Shown: one piece after another, positions 1-13,239 of the stretch | Numbering within the stretch: the first letter of the stretch is position 1 | Layout: each line of letters opens with the position of its first letter | NCBI GenBank assembly: GCA_963575745.1 | Contig: CAUYUJ010000273.1 | Location: 1 to 64,000 of the forward strand | From: Prorocentrum cordatum | Lineage: Eukaryota | Reading direction: 5' to 3' | Length of the DNA: 64,000 nt | Program-made: the position numbers and the translations under genes | The notes under the pieces: model-generated | The model's input: only the letters and a program-made list of their open reading frames with translations | What the model was told of the DNA's origin: nothing | Databases searched by the model: none

Positions 1-448
1 GGCGTCTCAGGAGCCCACGAAAGTGCCGGCAGTTGCGCAGTTGGCAGCTCCCCCCGCAGGGAGCCGCGAGGTCTCGACGCGATCCGCGTGTCACCCCACT
101 CCGCTGGGCCTCCCAGGAGCCCACACAAATGCCGACGGTTGCGCCCCGCAGGGATCCGCGAGGTCTCGACACGATCCGCGTGTCACCCCACTCAGCTGGG
201 CCTCCCAGGAGCCCACGAACGTGCCGACAGTTGCGCAGTTGGCAGCTCCCCCCGCAGGGAGCCGCGAGGTCTCGACGCGATCCGCGTGTCACCCCACTCC
301 GCTGGGCCTCCCAGGAGCCCACGAAAGTGCCGACAGTTGCGCAGTTGGCAGCTCCCCCCACAGGGAGCCGCGAGGTCTCGACGCGATCCGCGTGTCACCC
401 CACTCCGCTGGGCCTCCCAGGAGCCCACGAAAGTGCCGACAGTTGCGC
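1..448. repeat. Tandem minisatellite, ~106-bp unit, ~4.4 copies (runs off the left edge)
   Basis: GGCCTCCCAGGAGCCCA recurs at 107, 199, 305 and 411 (spacings 92, 106, 106); whole units are near-identical, with no unique spacers. Confidence 0.9.
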
Positions 449-607
449 AAGACCGCAGGAGGCGACAGATGCGCATATCGCAGCCCCCCAGAGGGTGCCG
501 CGAGGAGGAGGTAGGAGGCAGGAGGCAGAAGGGAAGTGGGCGGGAGGTCGGGGCGACCAGAGTGCTCTATTCAAAGCGAGTAGGGAGGGTTGGGAAGAAT
601 AATTTTT

Positions 608-1172
608 CTTAGTAGTAATACTAATAATACTAATATTAATAATGATAATAATGATAATAATAATAATAGTAATGATAATACTAATAATCATAATAATAAT
701 ACTAATAATAATATTAATAACGATGAGCATCATCATAGTAATATTAACTATAATACGAATAATAACAATAACACTAATAATACGAGTAATAATGAAAACA
801 CAAATAACAATAATCATAATCGTACTACTAGCACTACTAATAATACTACTAACCATAACAGTAGCAATATCCATATAATCATATTTACAATACTAATAAT
901 AATGATGATAATAATAATACTAATAAGGATGATAATAATGATGATATTGTATAATATTAATAATAACGATAATAATAACAATAGCAACAATACTAATAGT
1001 AATACGAATAATACCCAGAATACTAATAATGATAAGAATACAAAGAATACGAATACTCACAACAACAACAACAGCAACAGCAACAACAACAACAACAACA
1101 ACCACAACAACAACAACGATGACAATACTAACAATCATAACAATAGTATGGCATAATAATAATAATAATGAT
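608..1172. repeat. Degenerate (AAT)n/(AAC)n microsatellite
   Basis: Direct reading; explains the poly-N/I/T ORFs. Confidence 0.95.
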
Positions 1173-1177
1173 AAGGT

Positions 1178-1460
1178 TCCGCCTCCGCCTCCGCCTCCGC
1201 CTCCTCCTCCTCCTCATCCGCCTCGTCCGCCTCCTCCTCCGCCTCCGCCTCCGCCCCCGCCTCCCCCTCTGCTTCCTCCTCCTCCTCCTCCTCCTCCTGC
1301 TCCTCCGCCTCTCCCGCCTCCTACTCCTCCTCCTCCTCCTCCTCCTCCTCCTCCTCCTCCTCCTCCTTTTCCTCCTCCTCCTCCTCCTCTCCTCCCCGCC
1401 TCCTCCTCCTCCTCGTCCTCCTCCTCCTCCTCCTCCTCCTCCTCCTCCTCCTCCTCCTTC
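1178..1460. repeat. (CCT)n/(CCG)n microsatellite
   Basis: Direct reading. Confidence 0.95.
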
Positions 1461-1684
1461 TCATGTTGGGATCCCCCAACCTTGGCCTTGGCCCGCCACT
1501 CGCTGGCCAAAGGCAGGGCAAGAAGTGGTCCAGTGCTGTGCCAGGAATCGGCCACCCTCCCCCTCCCCGGGGGTGCTTTCCCCCTGCCCCTCCACTCGCC
1601 TCCTCCTCCCGCACGCCCGGTTCCCTCTGTCCCTCGTCCTCCTGCACGCTCTCCTCCAACACCACCTTGTTGCCTTTTCTGTTC

Positions 1685-1714
1685 TCTCTCTCTCTCTCTC
1701 TCTCGTTCTCTCTT

Positions 1715-1747
<33 letters not shown>

Positions 1748-2690
1748 GTCTCTCTCTCTCTCTCTCTATATATCCTGGTTATCGATGTATATATCTTTAT
1801 CTCTCTCTCTCTCTCTCTCTCCTGTTCCGAACATGTGCGTACAATAGGTGTATGCATGTATACATGTCTGTGTATTTGTATGTATGGATGAACGCATAAA
1901 TGTGTATGCGTATGTCCGCGTGTGCGTATGTACGTGTGTGTATACATGTGTGCATGTGTGCATGTGTGGTATGCGTGTGTGGTATGTATGTGGGTATGTG
2001 TGTGCGTACTTGAGTATGTGCATGTATGTATGCGTGTATGTATATATGTATGTATGCGTATGGACTTGCATGTGGGGGTGTATGATTGTGTGTATGTACG
2101 TATGTGTGCATGTGCGTATGTATGTATGGTTGTGTGTTTGCACGTACGTACGTATGTATGTATGTATGAATGTGTATATGCGTGTTTGTGTGTGCATGTG
2201 TGAATGCATGTGCGTGGGTATGATTATATGTATGTACGTGGTTATGCATGCATGCATGCATGTACGTATGCATATATAGTCAGAGATGTGTATGTATGTG
2301 TGTATGTGTGTATGTATGTATGCACGTGCATGTGTACATATAAGTACGCAGGCATGTAGGTACGTCCGTGCTTACGTACGTGTGCGTTTGTATGTTTGCG
2401 TATGTATGTATGTACGTGTGGCTGTGTGTATGTATGTTTGTGTGTAGGCATTTGCGTACGCCTGTAAAAATGTATGTATGTGTGTATGTATGTACGCGTG
2501 TATGTGTGAATGTATGTGTACGCGTGGTTATGTGAATGTACGTGGTTATGTATGCATGCACGCACGCATGCAATTATTGATATCGGTGTGCGTATGTGCG
2601 TATGTACATGTAAGTATTTGTTTGTATGTATGCATGCATGCATGTATATATGTATGTATGGTTGCATGTATGTATGTATGTATGTATGTG
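1685..2690. repeat. (CT)n tract followed by degenerate (TATG)n/(TG)n tract
   Basis: Direct reading; explains the MYVC/HTYI ORFs. Confidence 0.95.
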
Positions 2691-3029
2691 CGAGGGAACG
2701 CGATCCACCGCCTATTTGTACAATTCCCACCCCTCTTCCCCCAGAACCGGGGGGGGCCCCCCTCCCCTTCGAACCCCCCCCCGTCTGCTGGACCCCCCCA
2801 TTGCTCCCCGGCAACCGCCCCCCCCCCCCCAAACCTCTCCCCCCACCCCCGCCCTTTCGGAAAACCGGAGGGGGGGCCACTACCAGTTCGAACCCCCCCC
2901 CCCGTTCCCTCAACAACACCTGGGGGGCCACTTCAGGTTCGAACCCCCCGCCCCCCCTCCAGAAAACCGGGGGGCCACTACGGGTTCGAACCCCCCTCCC
3001 CCTCCTCCACTCACCGCCGGCAATCGACT

Positions 3030-3963
3030 CCCGGGCCCCCACCACCGTCCGCACCACATCCCCCACCGCTGTCCCGAGCACAACTGTCCCCACCACCACT
3101 GTCCGCACTGTTCCCACCACCGCCCCCAATGTCCCCACCAATGCCCCCACTGTCGCACTGTCCCCACGGTCCCCACCACTGGTCCCACCACGGTCCCGCT
3201 CTCCCCACTTTCGCCACGGCCCCCGCAACTGTCCCACTGTCCCCACTGTCCCCGCCACTGTCCCACGGTCCCACTGTCCCCGCCGCTGTCCCACTGAGCT
3301 GCCCCACTGTTCCCGCCAATGTCCCAACTGTCCCCGCCACTGTACCTCTGCGTCATTGTCTCACCACCGTCCTCGCCACCGCCCTAACCACGGTCCCCAC
3401 AACCACTGTCCCCACCACGGTCCCACTGCCCCCACCATTGTCCCACAGTCCCCACACCACTGTCCCCACCACCACCATCCCCAGCACTGTCCCAGTCCCC
3501 ACCACTGTCCCATTTTCCCCACTGTTCCCGCCATTGTCCCCGCTGTCCCCACCAGTGCCCCCACCAGTGTCTCGCTGTCCCCGCTGTTCCCACCACTGTC
3601 CCGCTGTCCCCACTGTCCCCGCCGCTGTCCCACTGTACTGCCCCACTGCCCCCACTGCCCCCAACGCTGTCCCACTGTCCCCACGATCCCCATTGCCCCC
3701 ACCACTCTCCCCATTGCACTACTGTCCCACCACCGTCCTCACCACCGCCTTCACCGCTGTCCCCACACCATTGTCCCCACACCACTGTCCCACTGTCCCC
3801 ACTGTCCCAACCACTGCCGCGCTGCCCCCTCGCCACTGTCCCCACCACTACCGTCCCAACCGCTGTCCCATTGTCCGCGCCACTGCCCCACTGTCCCCAC
3901 ACCGCCGCGCCCACCACCACCGTCCCACCACTGTCCCGGCACCCCCGCCACTATCCCACTGTC
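3030..3963. repeat. Degenerate minisatellite built on CCACTGTCCC
   Basis: Many CCACTGTCCC-like words in tandem. Confidence 0.9.
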
Positions 3964-4109
3964 CCGAAGAGCTGGAATCGTTTGCCGGCGGCGGGGATGG
4001 GGCGAACCGAAAACGACCCCGCACGGTTTTCGACGGGGGGGGGGATGGGTTGGGACCCCCCAGTGACACCCGAATGTATTCCGCCAGCAGCGATCGAACA
4101 CGCTCCTTC

Positions 4110-4490
4110 GTATGTATGTACGCGCGCGTGTATGCATGTACGTACGGATGTATGCATGCACGCACGCACGCACGCACGCATGGATGTATGTATGTATGTA
4201 TGTGTGGTTGCGTGTATGTATACACGTATGCATGTATGTGTGCACCTAGCTATGTACGATCGGACAATGTGTGTATGCGCATCTACGCACGTTCGTGCCA
4301 GTCTGTATGTATGCACGCGGGTATGTATGCATGCATGTACGTATGCGTGTATGGATGGATGCGCGCATACCGGTGCGTGGATGTATGTATGTATGTATGT
4401 ACGTCTGTACGCACGGATAGACGTGTGTACGCATGTATCTACGAAGGGCACGCACGCGTGGATGCGCGCATGTGTGTTTATACCCATACG
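4110..4490. repeat. Degenerate (TATG)n microsatellite
   Basis: Direct reading. Confidence 0.9.
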
Positions 4491-4519
4491 GGAAGCACGG
4501 GCCCAACGGGGGGCGTCGT

Positions 4520-5110
4520 TTCCCTGGTCTGTTTTTCTTACGCACCACGGCAGAGACAATCCAATGTCACGAACCCGTGAACCTCTACTTGCGATTCTCC
4601 GCGATCCACATGGAGTCGCACCGCGGATCAAAGTGCCCGTCACCTTCAAGTTCGCCTTCTTCGCGGCCGCTTCCGCGGCCCGCCACTTACCCGCCACGAC
4701 GGCGCCCCCCTTCGCCGCGCACTCCCGCAACGCTGGCGCCAGCGACCTCGCCCCCCGAGGCTCGCCGCCAGGTGCACCTGCATCCCTCGGGAGCAAGCAC
4801 GCGGAGATACGGTTGTTCCCCAAGTTGCGCGACTTCTTCCACGTCGACTTCGACCCGCACCCCATCGCCGTCCAAAACCACCGAAACGTGCGCTCGCCGT
4901 CCTGGGCGCCCGCTTTCTGCTTCCAGTACCGAGTGCGCGTCTTCTGCCCTGTCTTCTTCGCGCCGTCGGCCACGAGACCAGCAGCGAGCCCGGCAACCCC
5001 TCGTCAAGCTTAGGTGTCTGCAAAAGGCGCCGCGCGCCATTCCCCGCGAGCGAACGCGGCGCCGCGGGGCGGTTCCTTGCGCGGGGCGCGATTCGACGAA
5101 CCGATACAGC
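4520..5110 (-). pseudogene. Decayed DNA-transposase fragment, probably ISXO2-like (IS1595/Merlin)
   Basis: Minus frames read AFCRHLSLTRG...RWFWTAM...PRGARSLAPALRECAAKGGAVVAGKWRAAE...ASRGSRVRDIG. This follows the order of ISXO2-like blocks (DE.F..RK..RG / W.WGA / L...I...GS.VV.D.W.AY / G...N.IE), with the acidic residues lost and frameshifts. Recognised by eye only. Confidence 0.45.
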
Positions 5111-6659
5111 ATGGTGAGAAGGGGCGCGTTGCTGAGCTGTTCGCTCCGTGGCCTCGCGCAGCTCGGTGTCCTCCTTGCGTTTCGCTGCTTCGGCCTTCCG
5201 CAGGGAGACGTTCAGGGACTTGAGGCCCTTGTTCTTATCAGCCCAATCCCGTGCCTGTGGGGGCACAGTGAATATGTGTATCAATCGTGGTTTCCGTGTG
5301 TTTGAGCGTGGGGGGGCGGGGCGCACCGCTGTCGGCGGGACCATTATTCCCCGTCGTCGCCTTCTGGCGCCACGGGGCCTTGACCTTGAGCTCCGTCTCG
5401 GACGCGGAGCATTTGCGGGTTCCGCTTTTGAGGGCGCCTTTTTTTGTTTGCGGGGCACGCCCCCGCCCCCGCACGTAGGCTCGAGAGCCTTGCCGTTCCG
5501 TGGCATCTTGGGCCAAACCGCTTTCGACATCAATTATCAGCTGGGGCTGAGCAGCGGAGACAACGAGGGGAACGAGCGGGGGGGGCAGGAGACACTAGGC
5601 AAGCAGAACAAGAGAGACTAGGAAGAAGAGTCGGCTAAATAGTAAGAGGGGAACGAGGCAGAAGAGTAGGAGGAACGACGCAGAATAGCTGAAAGGCCAA
5701 ACGTATGCACAAGAGCTGGAGGAACGATAACGAATAGAGGAAACAAGAGTAATGATTACGAGTGGGGGGAAAGATGACGAGTAGAAAGAACAATGATGAA
5801 GATAAAAACCTTGCGAAGGGACGGATGCCGACCAGGGCCTGCTACGGAGAAGGGCGGGAGGAAGGAGGAGGGACGAGGGGTGAGGGAGAAGAGAGAAGGT
5901 AGGGAGGAAACGGTCGGTCGCTCTGCCCTGAAAGCGTTGTCACACAAGCAACCCCGTCGAGCAGGAAAATGGTCTAATCCATCACAGATCGATCCGCCAA
6001 CCTTCCCAGCAAATGAAATCTGAAGTCCCTGCACCGGGCTTGGACACCAAAGAAAGGTCCTCCCTCCTCCTTCCTCCGCCTCCTCCTCGTCCGCCTCCTC
6101 CTCCTCCTCGTTGTCCTTGCTCCTCCTCCTCCCCCTCCCTCCCTTTCTGAAGGAATGCAAGAACCTTGGGAAAATCATTGGAAAAAACAAACAAAAACAA
6201 AGAAACAGAAGTGCTTGAAGCGAAACCTTTAGGAACACCATTGGAAAAAACAAAACAAAACCAACAAGTTCCACCGAGACTGCGGGGTTTCCCTTCGGGC
6301 TTAATCTTTCGGACGGTGTTCCCTGGAATCTGTGTTTTTTGTTGTGTGGGTTTTTGTTCGAATGGTTTCCCGAAAGTGTTCGCTTCCAGCACTTCGGTGT
6401 CTGTGCTGTGCTTGCTGGTTGTTCCAATGGTGTTCCCAAAATTTGTGGTGTTTTCCACCGCCAACATAAGGAATGTATGTGTCGCTCGCCCACACGACGA
6501 CGAGGACGACGAGGACGAGGACGACGAGGACGAGGATGACGAGGAAGAAGAGCACAAGGGAACGCTCAAACAGCAAAGCACAACAGCAAAGCACAACGGC
6601 AAAGCACAACATAACATCATACAACTCGCACTTCCGACACGCCCCCCGTTGGGCCCGTA

Positions 6660-6939
6660 TACCCATGTGTGTCATGTTTGGATGCATGTCTGTACGCATA
6701 TATATATATATATATGTATGTGTATGTATGTGTATAAATGTGTATGTGCATATATGGTTATAGATGTGTGTATGTACGCATGCATGTATGTATTTATGTG
6801 TGTATGCATGCATGTGTGTATGCATGTATGTGTGTACGATGTATGTGTTAATGTGTTTATGGGTCGATGTGTATATGTGCGTTGTATGTATGAATGCATG
6901 CATGCATGTATAGTTGCATGTGTGCGTGAATGTATATAA

Positions 6940-6970
<31 letters not shown>

Positions 6971-7220
6971 TGTATGTATGTCTGTATGTGTGTGTGTATG
7001 TATGTATGTGTATTTGTAGGTGTTTGTTAGTTTGCGTGTATGTATGAATGAATGTATGAATGTATGTATGTATGTATGTATGTATGTATGTATGCATGCA
7101 TGTGTGTACGTATGTATGTGACTGCGTATGTGTGTATATGAATGTATGCATGTATGCATGACTGGATGCATGTATGGATGGATGGATGTATGCATGTGTA
7201 TGTGTATGTATGTGTGTGTG
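6660..7220. repeat. Degenerate (TATG)n microsatellite
   Basis: Direct reading. Confidence 0.95.
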
Positions 7221-7732
7221 CCGCTGCTGCTGCTGCTGCCGCTGCTGCTGCAACCGATTCGCCCTCGTCCTCCTTCGCCTCCGCCGTCTCTTCTCGCGCC
7301 CCTGCCACGGGTGCAACCCTGGCGGTCTCGGCGGGTCCTTCTCGTCAATCGAGGACACGACCGCCTCCGAGCAGGCTGGTTTGGCCGAGAGAGCCCGGGC
7401 ACAAATAGATGGTAGAGATCGCGGACGGCATTCAGCCTCCGTGTCCACTGCCATACCAGCATGAGTATGAGTCAACGCAGCACACACTTGATCGTTGTTT
7501 CCATCGTCGACCTCCTCCTCCTCCTCACCGTCCACGCTTACCAAAGCCATGTGCGGAATGCGCAGGGCTGTACACTGCAGGCCCGTCGAATCGACAAGCA
7601 TCCGCACACCCGTTTGCCAAGCTGCTAACAACCGAGCAGTGCGAGAGCACTAAGCCCTCGCAGGAAGTTCTGGAAGCGCACGAAGGTACCTTCTCTCCCA
7701 GAGGCCCGACGACTCGCTTGTGTTTTCAAGTA

Positions 7733-7893
7733 TCAGGAGGGAAAGAAACACACAGACACAATTAATAATCGACTCCCCAGAAAATATAGGAAAATATGGG
7801 AAGTGGGGGGGAAGACAAAAACCAAGAAAATATGAGAAAATATGGGGAACCCTGCGATTTGTGCATCTATCTGTGTGTCCCAGGGCCCCTTCA
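7733..7893 (-). mobile_element. Family A ~160-bp non-autonomous element (TGAAGGGG...CTCCTGA), 5-bp TSD
   Basis: Reverse complement of the copies at 10268, 40443 and 51301; flanks AAGTA/AAGCA. Confidence 0.8.
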
Positions 7894-8494
7894 AAGCAGC
7901 CAAACCCCGGGGCTGTAAACCCCCTCCCCGGGGCGAGTCTTCCCGCCCCTCACGACGGCCCATGGGGACCGGCAGCGGCCTCCCGAGGGCCCCGAAAACA
8001 GCACGAAACAAGGTCCTCCGCCGCGACTCCCGCCCGAGCACCCCCGAGGCCTGGGCTCCTCCGACCCCCTCCGTGGCCGCTCGCCCCGTGCGCTCCCCGG
8101 CCTCCGAGAGCGGGACCCCCGGGAGCCCCGCGACGTCGCGCTCCTGCCCGCACCGTTGGACCCCCCGGGAGGTCTGGACCCCTCCCCTGGGGACCGGCTT
8201 CTCCTCCCGAGCCCATTTCGCGGGCGGCCCCGGGGCTTCGGTGAGGAAGGGGAGCGATCGGTTCTGTTGTCAGCGACCCCAGGGAGGGCCTGAACGGGGC
8301 CCGCAGCCAGGCCAACGATGGAGGCCGCGCACTGCGAGCGACCTCCCGGAACCAAACCAGTGCCCAACGGTGTTCGTCGGACCTCGCGGCGGGCAACCGG
8401 CTCCGCCCAGACCGCGAGCGCCCAGAAGGCGCAGGATGCAGAGGCCAAAGGGCGAGCCCGCCCAGCCTGCGTCATTGTAAGAAGAAAGCACGGC

Positions 8495-8653
8495 ATAAAC
8501 ATAAACTTTTGGCGCTCCGCGCGGATTTCTCGGATCTGCGATGGACCCCCATCCCTGGCGCGCGGAGCGCGCCAGGGGCGGCGCTGGAGGCGCCGCCAGG
8601 GGGCCCAGCGCAGATCCAAGAAATCCGTGCGGAGGGCCAACAAATGTATGTTA
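8495..8653. mobile_element. Family C palindromic MITE (TIR ...GGCGCTCCGCGCGGATTTCTCGGATC)
   Basis: Arms are inverted; related copies at ~20295, ~36430, ~37795, ~38235 and ~42668. Confidence 0.75.
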
Positions 8654-8714
8654 ATGGCATTGCTCATCTTCGAAAACAGAAGCCCAGCCTGCGTCCTGCC
8701 CTCCTCACCACAAG

Positions 8715-8975
8715 CGTCAGGTTGGGCATGTCCTACAGGAAGATTGTGAAAAACAGCGGTCCAAAATCTTCAAAAACTGCTAAAAAATGGTCGGGGAAAT
8801 AGTCCCCGTACTTCCTTCTGACTATGTCTCAGTAGAGGGACATGCCCTCCTCGCCACAAGCGTCAGGTCGGGCATGTCCTCCTACAGGTGGAGTGTGAAA
8901 GAAAAAAATTGTCCCAAATCCTCAAAAACTGTTATACTGTTTTTTGGACAATGTCTCAAATTTCTCCTGTAGAGT
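8715..8975. mobile_element. Two adjacent family D MITE copies (TIR GGTCGGGCATGTCC..CTACAGG)
   Basis: Same termini as the copies at 15053, 21328, 39320 and 47117. Confidence 0.65.
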
Positions 8976-9819
8976 CGGGTCGGGCGAAAGGGGGGATAGC
9001 AAAGGGGGGCTTTGAGAATCAGCTCACGTACCTGATTTTCACAGGGCCTCCCGGCGCCGGGAGGCGCCCATGCATCGAGGAATGGGCCTCGCACGCAGCA
9101 GATTTCGCACCCCCCCTTTCCCGATCCCCCCCTGTCGTCAGGCCCGAGAATCGAAACGAGCCCTGCCTCCTCCTCCACCTCCTCCTCCTCCGCTTCCTCC
9201 TCCCCCTCTTTCTACTCCTCCTCCTCCTCCTCCTCCTCCTCCTCCTCCTCCTCCTCCTCCTCCTCCTCCTCCTCCTCCTCCTCCTCCTCCTCCTACTCGC
9301 CGCAGGCGTGCCCCAGACAGCGCGACCCCAGCGCGACGAGCTGAGGGGGGGCCGCAAGCGGAAGCGCAGGCGGCGTCCGAAGTCAGCCCGGGCTACGAGC
9401 CAAACCTGATTACCTAAGCGCTGGTGGGGATCTTTTTTCCGTCGCAGCCGCAAACGAATGCGCATGCGGCGTCAGAGTTCAACCCGGGTTACGGGCGAAA
9501 CCTAATTGCCCAACGGACGCACTCACAGCTGCCGAGGCTACCGCCGAGGGAGGCTGAGGGACACCAGGGGCTGAAAGCAGGCTGCGAAAGCTGCCAGGAA
9601 CACCAGGCGGCCAGCGTGCGGACATCCCAAAGGCGAGACCACGGGAAGAGGATTAATTGAACCTTGTCACACCAGGCGCCAGACGTAGACGCGCCACCAA
9701 GCGTGGCGAAGCGCGGGTCTGCAAAAGCAGTAAAACGTGTAAGGCTGCGGGCCAACAGAAACCGAAACTGGTGGGGATACGTTTTTTGATCGCGAGCAAC
9801 GCAGGCAGCTGCTCGCCGT

Positions 9820-10130
9820 CAAAGAGGTCGCGAAGCGGAAGAACTGGAGGGGATACGTCAAGAATTTCGAAACAGTGTCGAACGAGCATCGCCTCCCAGG
9901 ACTCGACACGTGAAAACCCTCCAATTTCGGTACGCTCCTGGTGCTCGAGAATCGGTCTGGTGATCAAGGCTAAAATAATATGGGGAAAACAAACATACCT
10001 CGCTTTTAACCACCCTCGCTTCCAAGAGATACCAAACGAGGCCAAACACCTCGCGTGGTATGACTTGGTTTTGCCTGGAAGCGAAAGCGGGGTAGGTAAT
10101 TCACGCTCTGAAGTAGGTTGGAACATCATG
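9820..10130 (+). mobile_element. Family H element with a nested family I element (9978-10110)
   Basis: The H terminal word GGCTAAAGTAGGTTGGAACATCAT (contiguous at ~57620-57643) is split here by a 133-bp insert that recurs at 33549-33715. Confidence 0.75.
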
Positions 10131-10267
10131 ACCACAGAGCCCTCCCAGGGTCCACCCGGTCCGGTCTTCTCAAGCCGCGCTCGGCCGTGGCGACGAGCAC
10201 CCCTCGAGACTCCCCAGAACATCCCAGGCTGAGAGTCGGGCACACAGGGCCATGGGATTGCGGATCC

Positions 10268-10430
10268 TGAAGGGGCCCTGGGACACACAAATGAATACAC
10301 ACAAATAAAAATATTCCCTATATTTTCAAATACTTTCTTGGTTTCTCTCTTCCCCACCACTTCCCATATTTTCCCATATTTTCTGGGAAGTCGACGATTA
10401 ATTGTGTCGGTGTGTTTTTCCCCCTCCTGA
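10268..10430 (+). mobile_element. Family A element, perfect 5-bp TSD GATCC
   Basis: GATCC at 10263-10267 and 10431-10435; four homologous copies in the window. Confidence 0.85.
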
Positions 10431-10914
10431 GATCCGAGGATCCGGCGCGCGGGGGCCTGGGGCCCAGATCCGCGGATTCAGGAGCGTGGCCCCCGAAGCA
10501 TGGCGCCGGTGCCGCCCGAATGGGCGTCGGGGCGCGTCGAACTCGCACAGAACGACGCCCGCCGCCATAGCCTACGAGCCCCACGCCACGTTCGCGCTTC
10601 CTCGACACAACCTCCGAAACCGAGAGCCTCGAGCCTCGAGCCCAGACATCCGGTGTCTTGGCTGCTTCCATGCGGGATTCCCAGAGAGAGAGAGAGAGAG
10701 AGGGGCCACCCTTCCCCCCAGGGCCAGCCTTTCGCCCTGGGGGGGAGTTTTGACGGCGCCCGGGGCCCAGCGAGGGCCCCTGGAGGCCGAAAGTGCCCAA
10801 AAATCCTCCGTCGCAATTTTTGTTCACGACGCGAGTTGGATGCTCATTCTGGGGACCTTCCTGGAGACACTCGCTCCGCTCGTGCGTCGAAGCTGCGTCG
10901 AACGTCCGTCGATG

Positions 10915-11010
10915 TGAGCCGACCTTGAGTCGAACCTGAGTCGAACCTGAGTCGAACTTGAGTCCAACTTGAGTCGGACTCGAGTCGAACTGGGGCCGAA
11001 CTGGAGTCGA
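10915..11010. repeat. Short tandem array of GAGTCGAACCT-like words
   Basis: Direct reading. Confidence 0.8.
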
Positions 11011-11141
11011 ACAGATCCGTCGGGTGGCCCCGAGGAAGGCCCCCGAACCGAGCATCTAGCGCGAGCAAGTCTGGGAGCCTCGATCCTCGGCACCGGAGTG
11101 GTGCTGTGGGCAGCGGGCGCCACAATCACCGCTCTCGGCTG

Positions 11142-11204
11142 CTAATTCGCCCGCCGCCGCTGGCGCGCGCAGACAATGGCTTGACCTCCGCCACCCAGAG
11201 GTGC
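11142..11204 (-). CDS. Candidate terminal exon of the minus-strand gene (APLGGGGQAIVCARQRRRAN*)
   Basis: cag|G acceptor directly after the (ATG)n tract; in phase with exon 11943-12109; ends in TAG. Weak. Confidence 0.3.
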   Translation of the reverse strand, partial: APLGGGGQAIVCARQRRRAN

Positions 11205-11207
11205 CTG

Positions 11208-11284
<77 letters not shown>

Positions 11285-11541
11285 GCATCAGCATCATCAT
11301 CATCATCATCAGCATCAGCATCAGCATCAGCATCAGCATCATCATCATCATCAGCAGCAGCAGCATCATCATCATCATCATCATCAGCATCATCACCATC
11401 ATCACCATCATCACTATCACCATCACCATCACCATCACCATCACCATCACCATCACCATCACCATCACCAACATCACCATCAGTATGATCAGCATCATCA
11501 TCATCAGCATCATCATCCTCATCATCAGCATCAGCATCATC

Positions 11542-11573
<32 letters not shown>

Positions 11574-11917
11574 CACCATTATCATCATCATCATCGTCAT
11601 CATCAGCATCGTCTTCATCATCATCAGCATCATCATCGTCGTCCTCCTCATCGTCATCATCATCATCAGCGGGAGCATCATCAGCATCATCATAGCAGCA
11701 GCATCGTCAGCAGCATCATCATCATCATCATCATCATCATCAGAATCATCATCGTCCTCATCAGCATCATCATAATCGTCCTCATCATCATCAGCATCAT
11801 CATCAGCAGCATCATCATCACCACCACCATCATCAACATCAGCATCATCATCAACATCAGCACCATCATCATCAGCATCATCATCATCATCATCAGCATC
11901 ATCATCATCATCATCAT
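11208..11917. repeat. (CAT)n/(CAG)n microsatellite
   Basis: Direct reading. Confidence 0.95.
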
Positions 11918-11942
11918 CGACCCCCCCCCCCAGCGGAGCAGC

Positions 11943-12109
11943 CTGGTCGGTGATGCGGCTGCTCGTGGCCTGGAACGCCCAGGGCTCCCCGTCACGGTCG
12001 GCGTCCCGCTGGGCCCGGCTCGGGGAATGCGGCTTGACCTTGTTGGAGGACCTGGCCGACTTCGTGCTGTGCGTCCTCGCGGCGTGCCGGTTGCCGGACA
12101 GCGACATGC
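11943..12109 (-). CDS. Exon of minus-strand multi-exon gene, unknown protein (MSLSGNRHAARTHSTKSARSSNKVKPHSPSRAQRDADRDGEPWAFQATSSRITDQ)
   Basis: Unique island between two microsatellites; ccccccag|G acceptor and CAG|gc donor; 53 of 55 codons end in G/C. Confidence 0.75.
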
Positions 12110-12212
12110 CTGGGGGGGAGGAGGAGGGGGAGGGGGAGGAGGAGGGGGAGGAGGAGGAAGAGGAGGAGGAGGAGGTGGTGGTGGAGGAGACGGAGGAGAC
12201 GGAGGAGGAGGA

Positions 12213-13075
12213 GGACCAGTGCAAACCCAAGAGTCATCAACGATGATGGAATAAACCCTCCCTTCAAGCTCCCTCTTCATAGGCCCCTACAACGGTTCAT
12301 TGCCACTGAGGAAACTGCCTCGTTGGAAGACAACCGTTTGAAGACTCTGAAGCATGCCAAAACATTGTTCTCGAGATTCCAACGCCACGGATCAACCTGG
12401 CTGTTGCGTCTTGACGATCCTGCATCGTGCCAGAACGCCATTCCTGGGACTTCAACACCTCGAATCAACGTAACTGTTGCACCCTCACACAACACACTCT
12501 CTGGTACGTTGACCATGGGCATCCGCGAAACTCTGGCAGATGTTAGAAACGAATATGCGCGGCGCCGAAGCGGGACTTACATTTCGAAAAACCAGCCGCC
12601 CTCAATCCGTGAAACTCTTGCACATGTTTACAACAAATGCACGCGGCGCTGAGGCGAGAGCCACATTTTGAAAAATCAATTGCGAAGTGTTCAAACGAAC
12701 AAATTCACGCGGAGCTAAGGCGAGAACCACATTTTGAAACGACCCACCCTCAATCCGTGAAACTCTTGCAAATGTTTAAAACGAAAGCGAGAATCACATG
12801 TTGAAAACGACCAGCCCTCAATCCGCGAAACTCTTACAATTCGTTTCAATGTGCGCAGCGCGAAAACGAGAGTCACATTTTGCAAACGACCCGCCCTCAA
12901 TCCGCGAAGCTGTTGCACATTTGTGTCAACGAATGTGCGCGGCGCTAAGGCGAGAGCCACATTCTGAAACGACACGCCCTTCAACTGTGAAACTGCTGCT
13001 CCCTCTTCAGCAGTGAGGAAGTCTCAGGCGGAACGCCCGGCCCGACCTGAAAACTGGCCTCGGGGGCGATTGGAA
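12213..13075 (-). mobile_element. Family G ~0.7-0.85-kb element with internal tandem array
   Basis: Reverse complement of the copies at 18935, 25095, 28868 and 34169: shared head, repeated TGAGGGCGGGTCGTTT..AAAATGTGGCTCTCGCC units, tail GGGTTTGCACTGGTCC running into (CCT)n. Confidence 0.8.
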
Positions 13076-13239
13076 GAAGTGATGTATGAGGAAAAGGGAT
13101 GGAGGAGGAGGAAGAGGGGAAGGGAAGGAGGAGGACGGGTAGGCGGGGTACGCTGACGGGGAGCCCAAGGTGCACTCCTCCTCGTCATCCGCCGTATCCT
13201 GGTACGTGTATCTGCTTTCTCCTCATAGTACTGCTCGTC

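Noticed and set aside
1..448. Regularly spaced repeats resembling a CRISPR array
   Set aside because: Entire units are repeated with no unique spacers, there are no cas genes, and the context is eukaryotic
1480..1560. Possible minus-strand exon (VADSWHSTGPLLALPLASEWRAKAK|gt)
   Set aside because: Frame and acceptor are ambiguous and there are no supporting neighbours
2478..4580. 700-aa ORF
   Set aside because: Concatenated translation of (TATG)n, poly-C repeats and the CCACTGTCCC minisatellite
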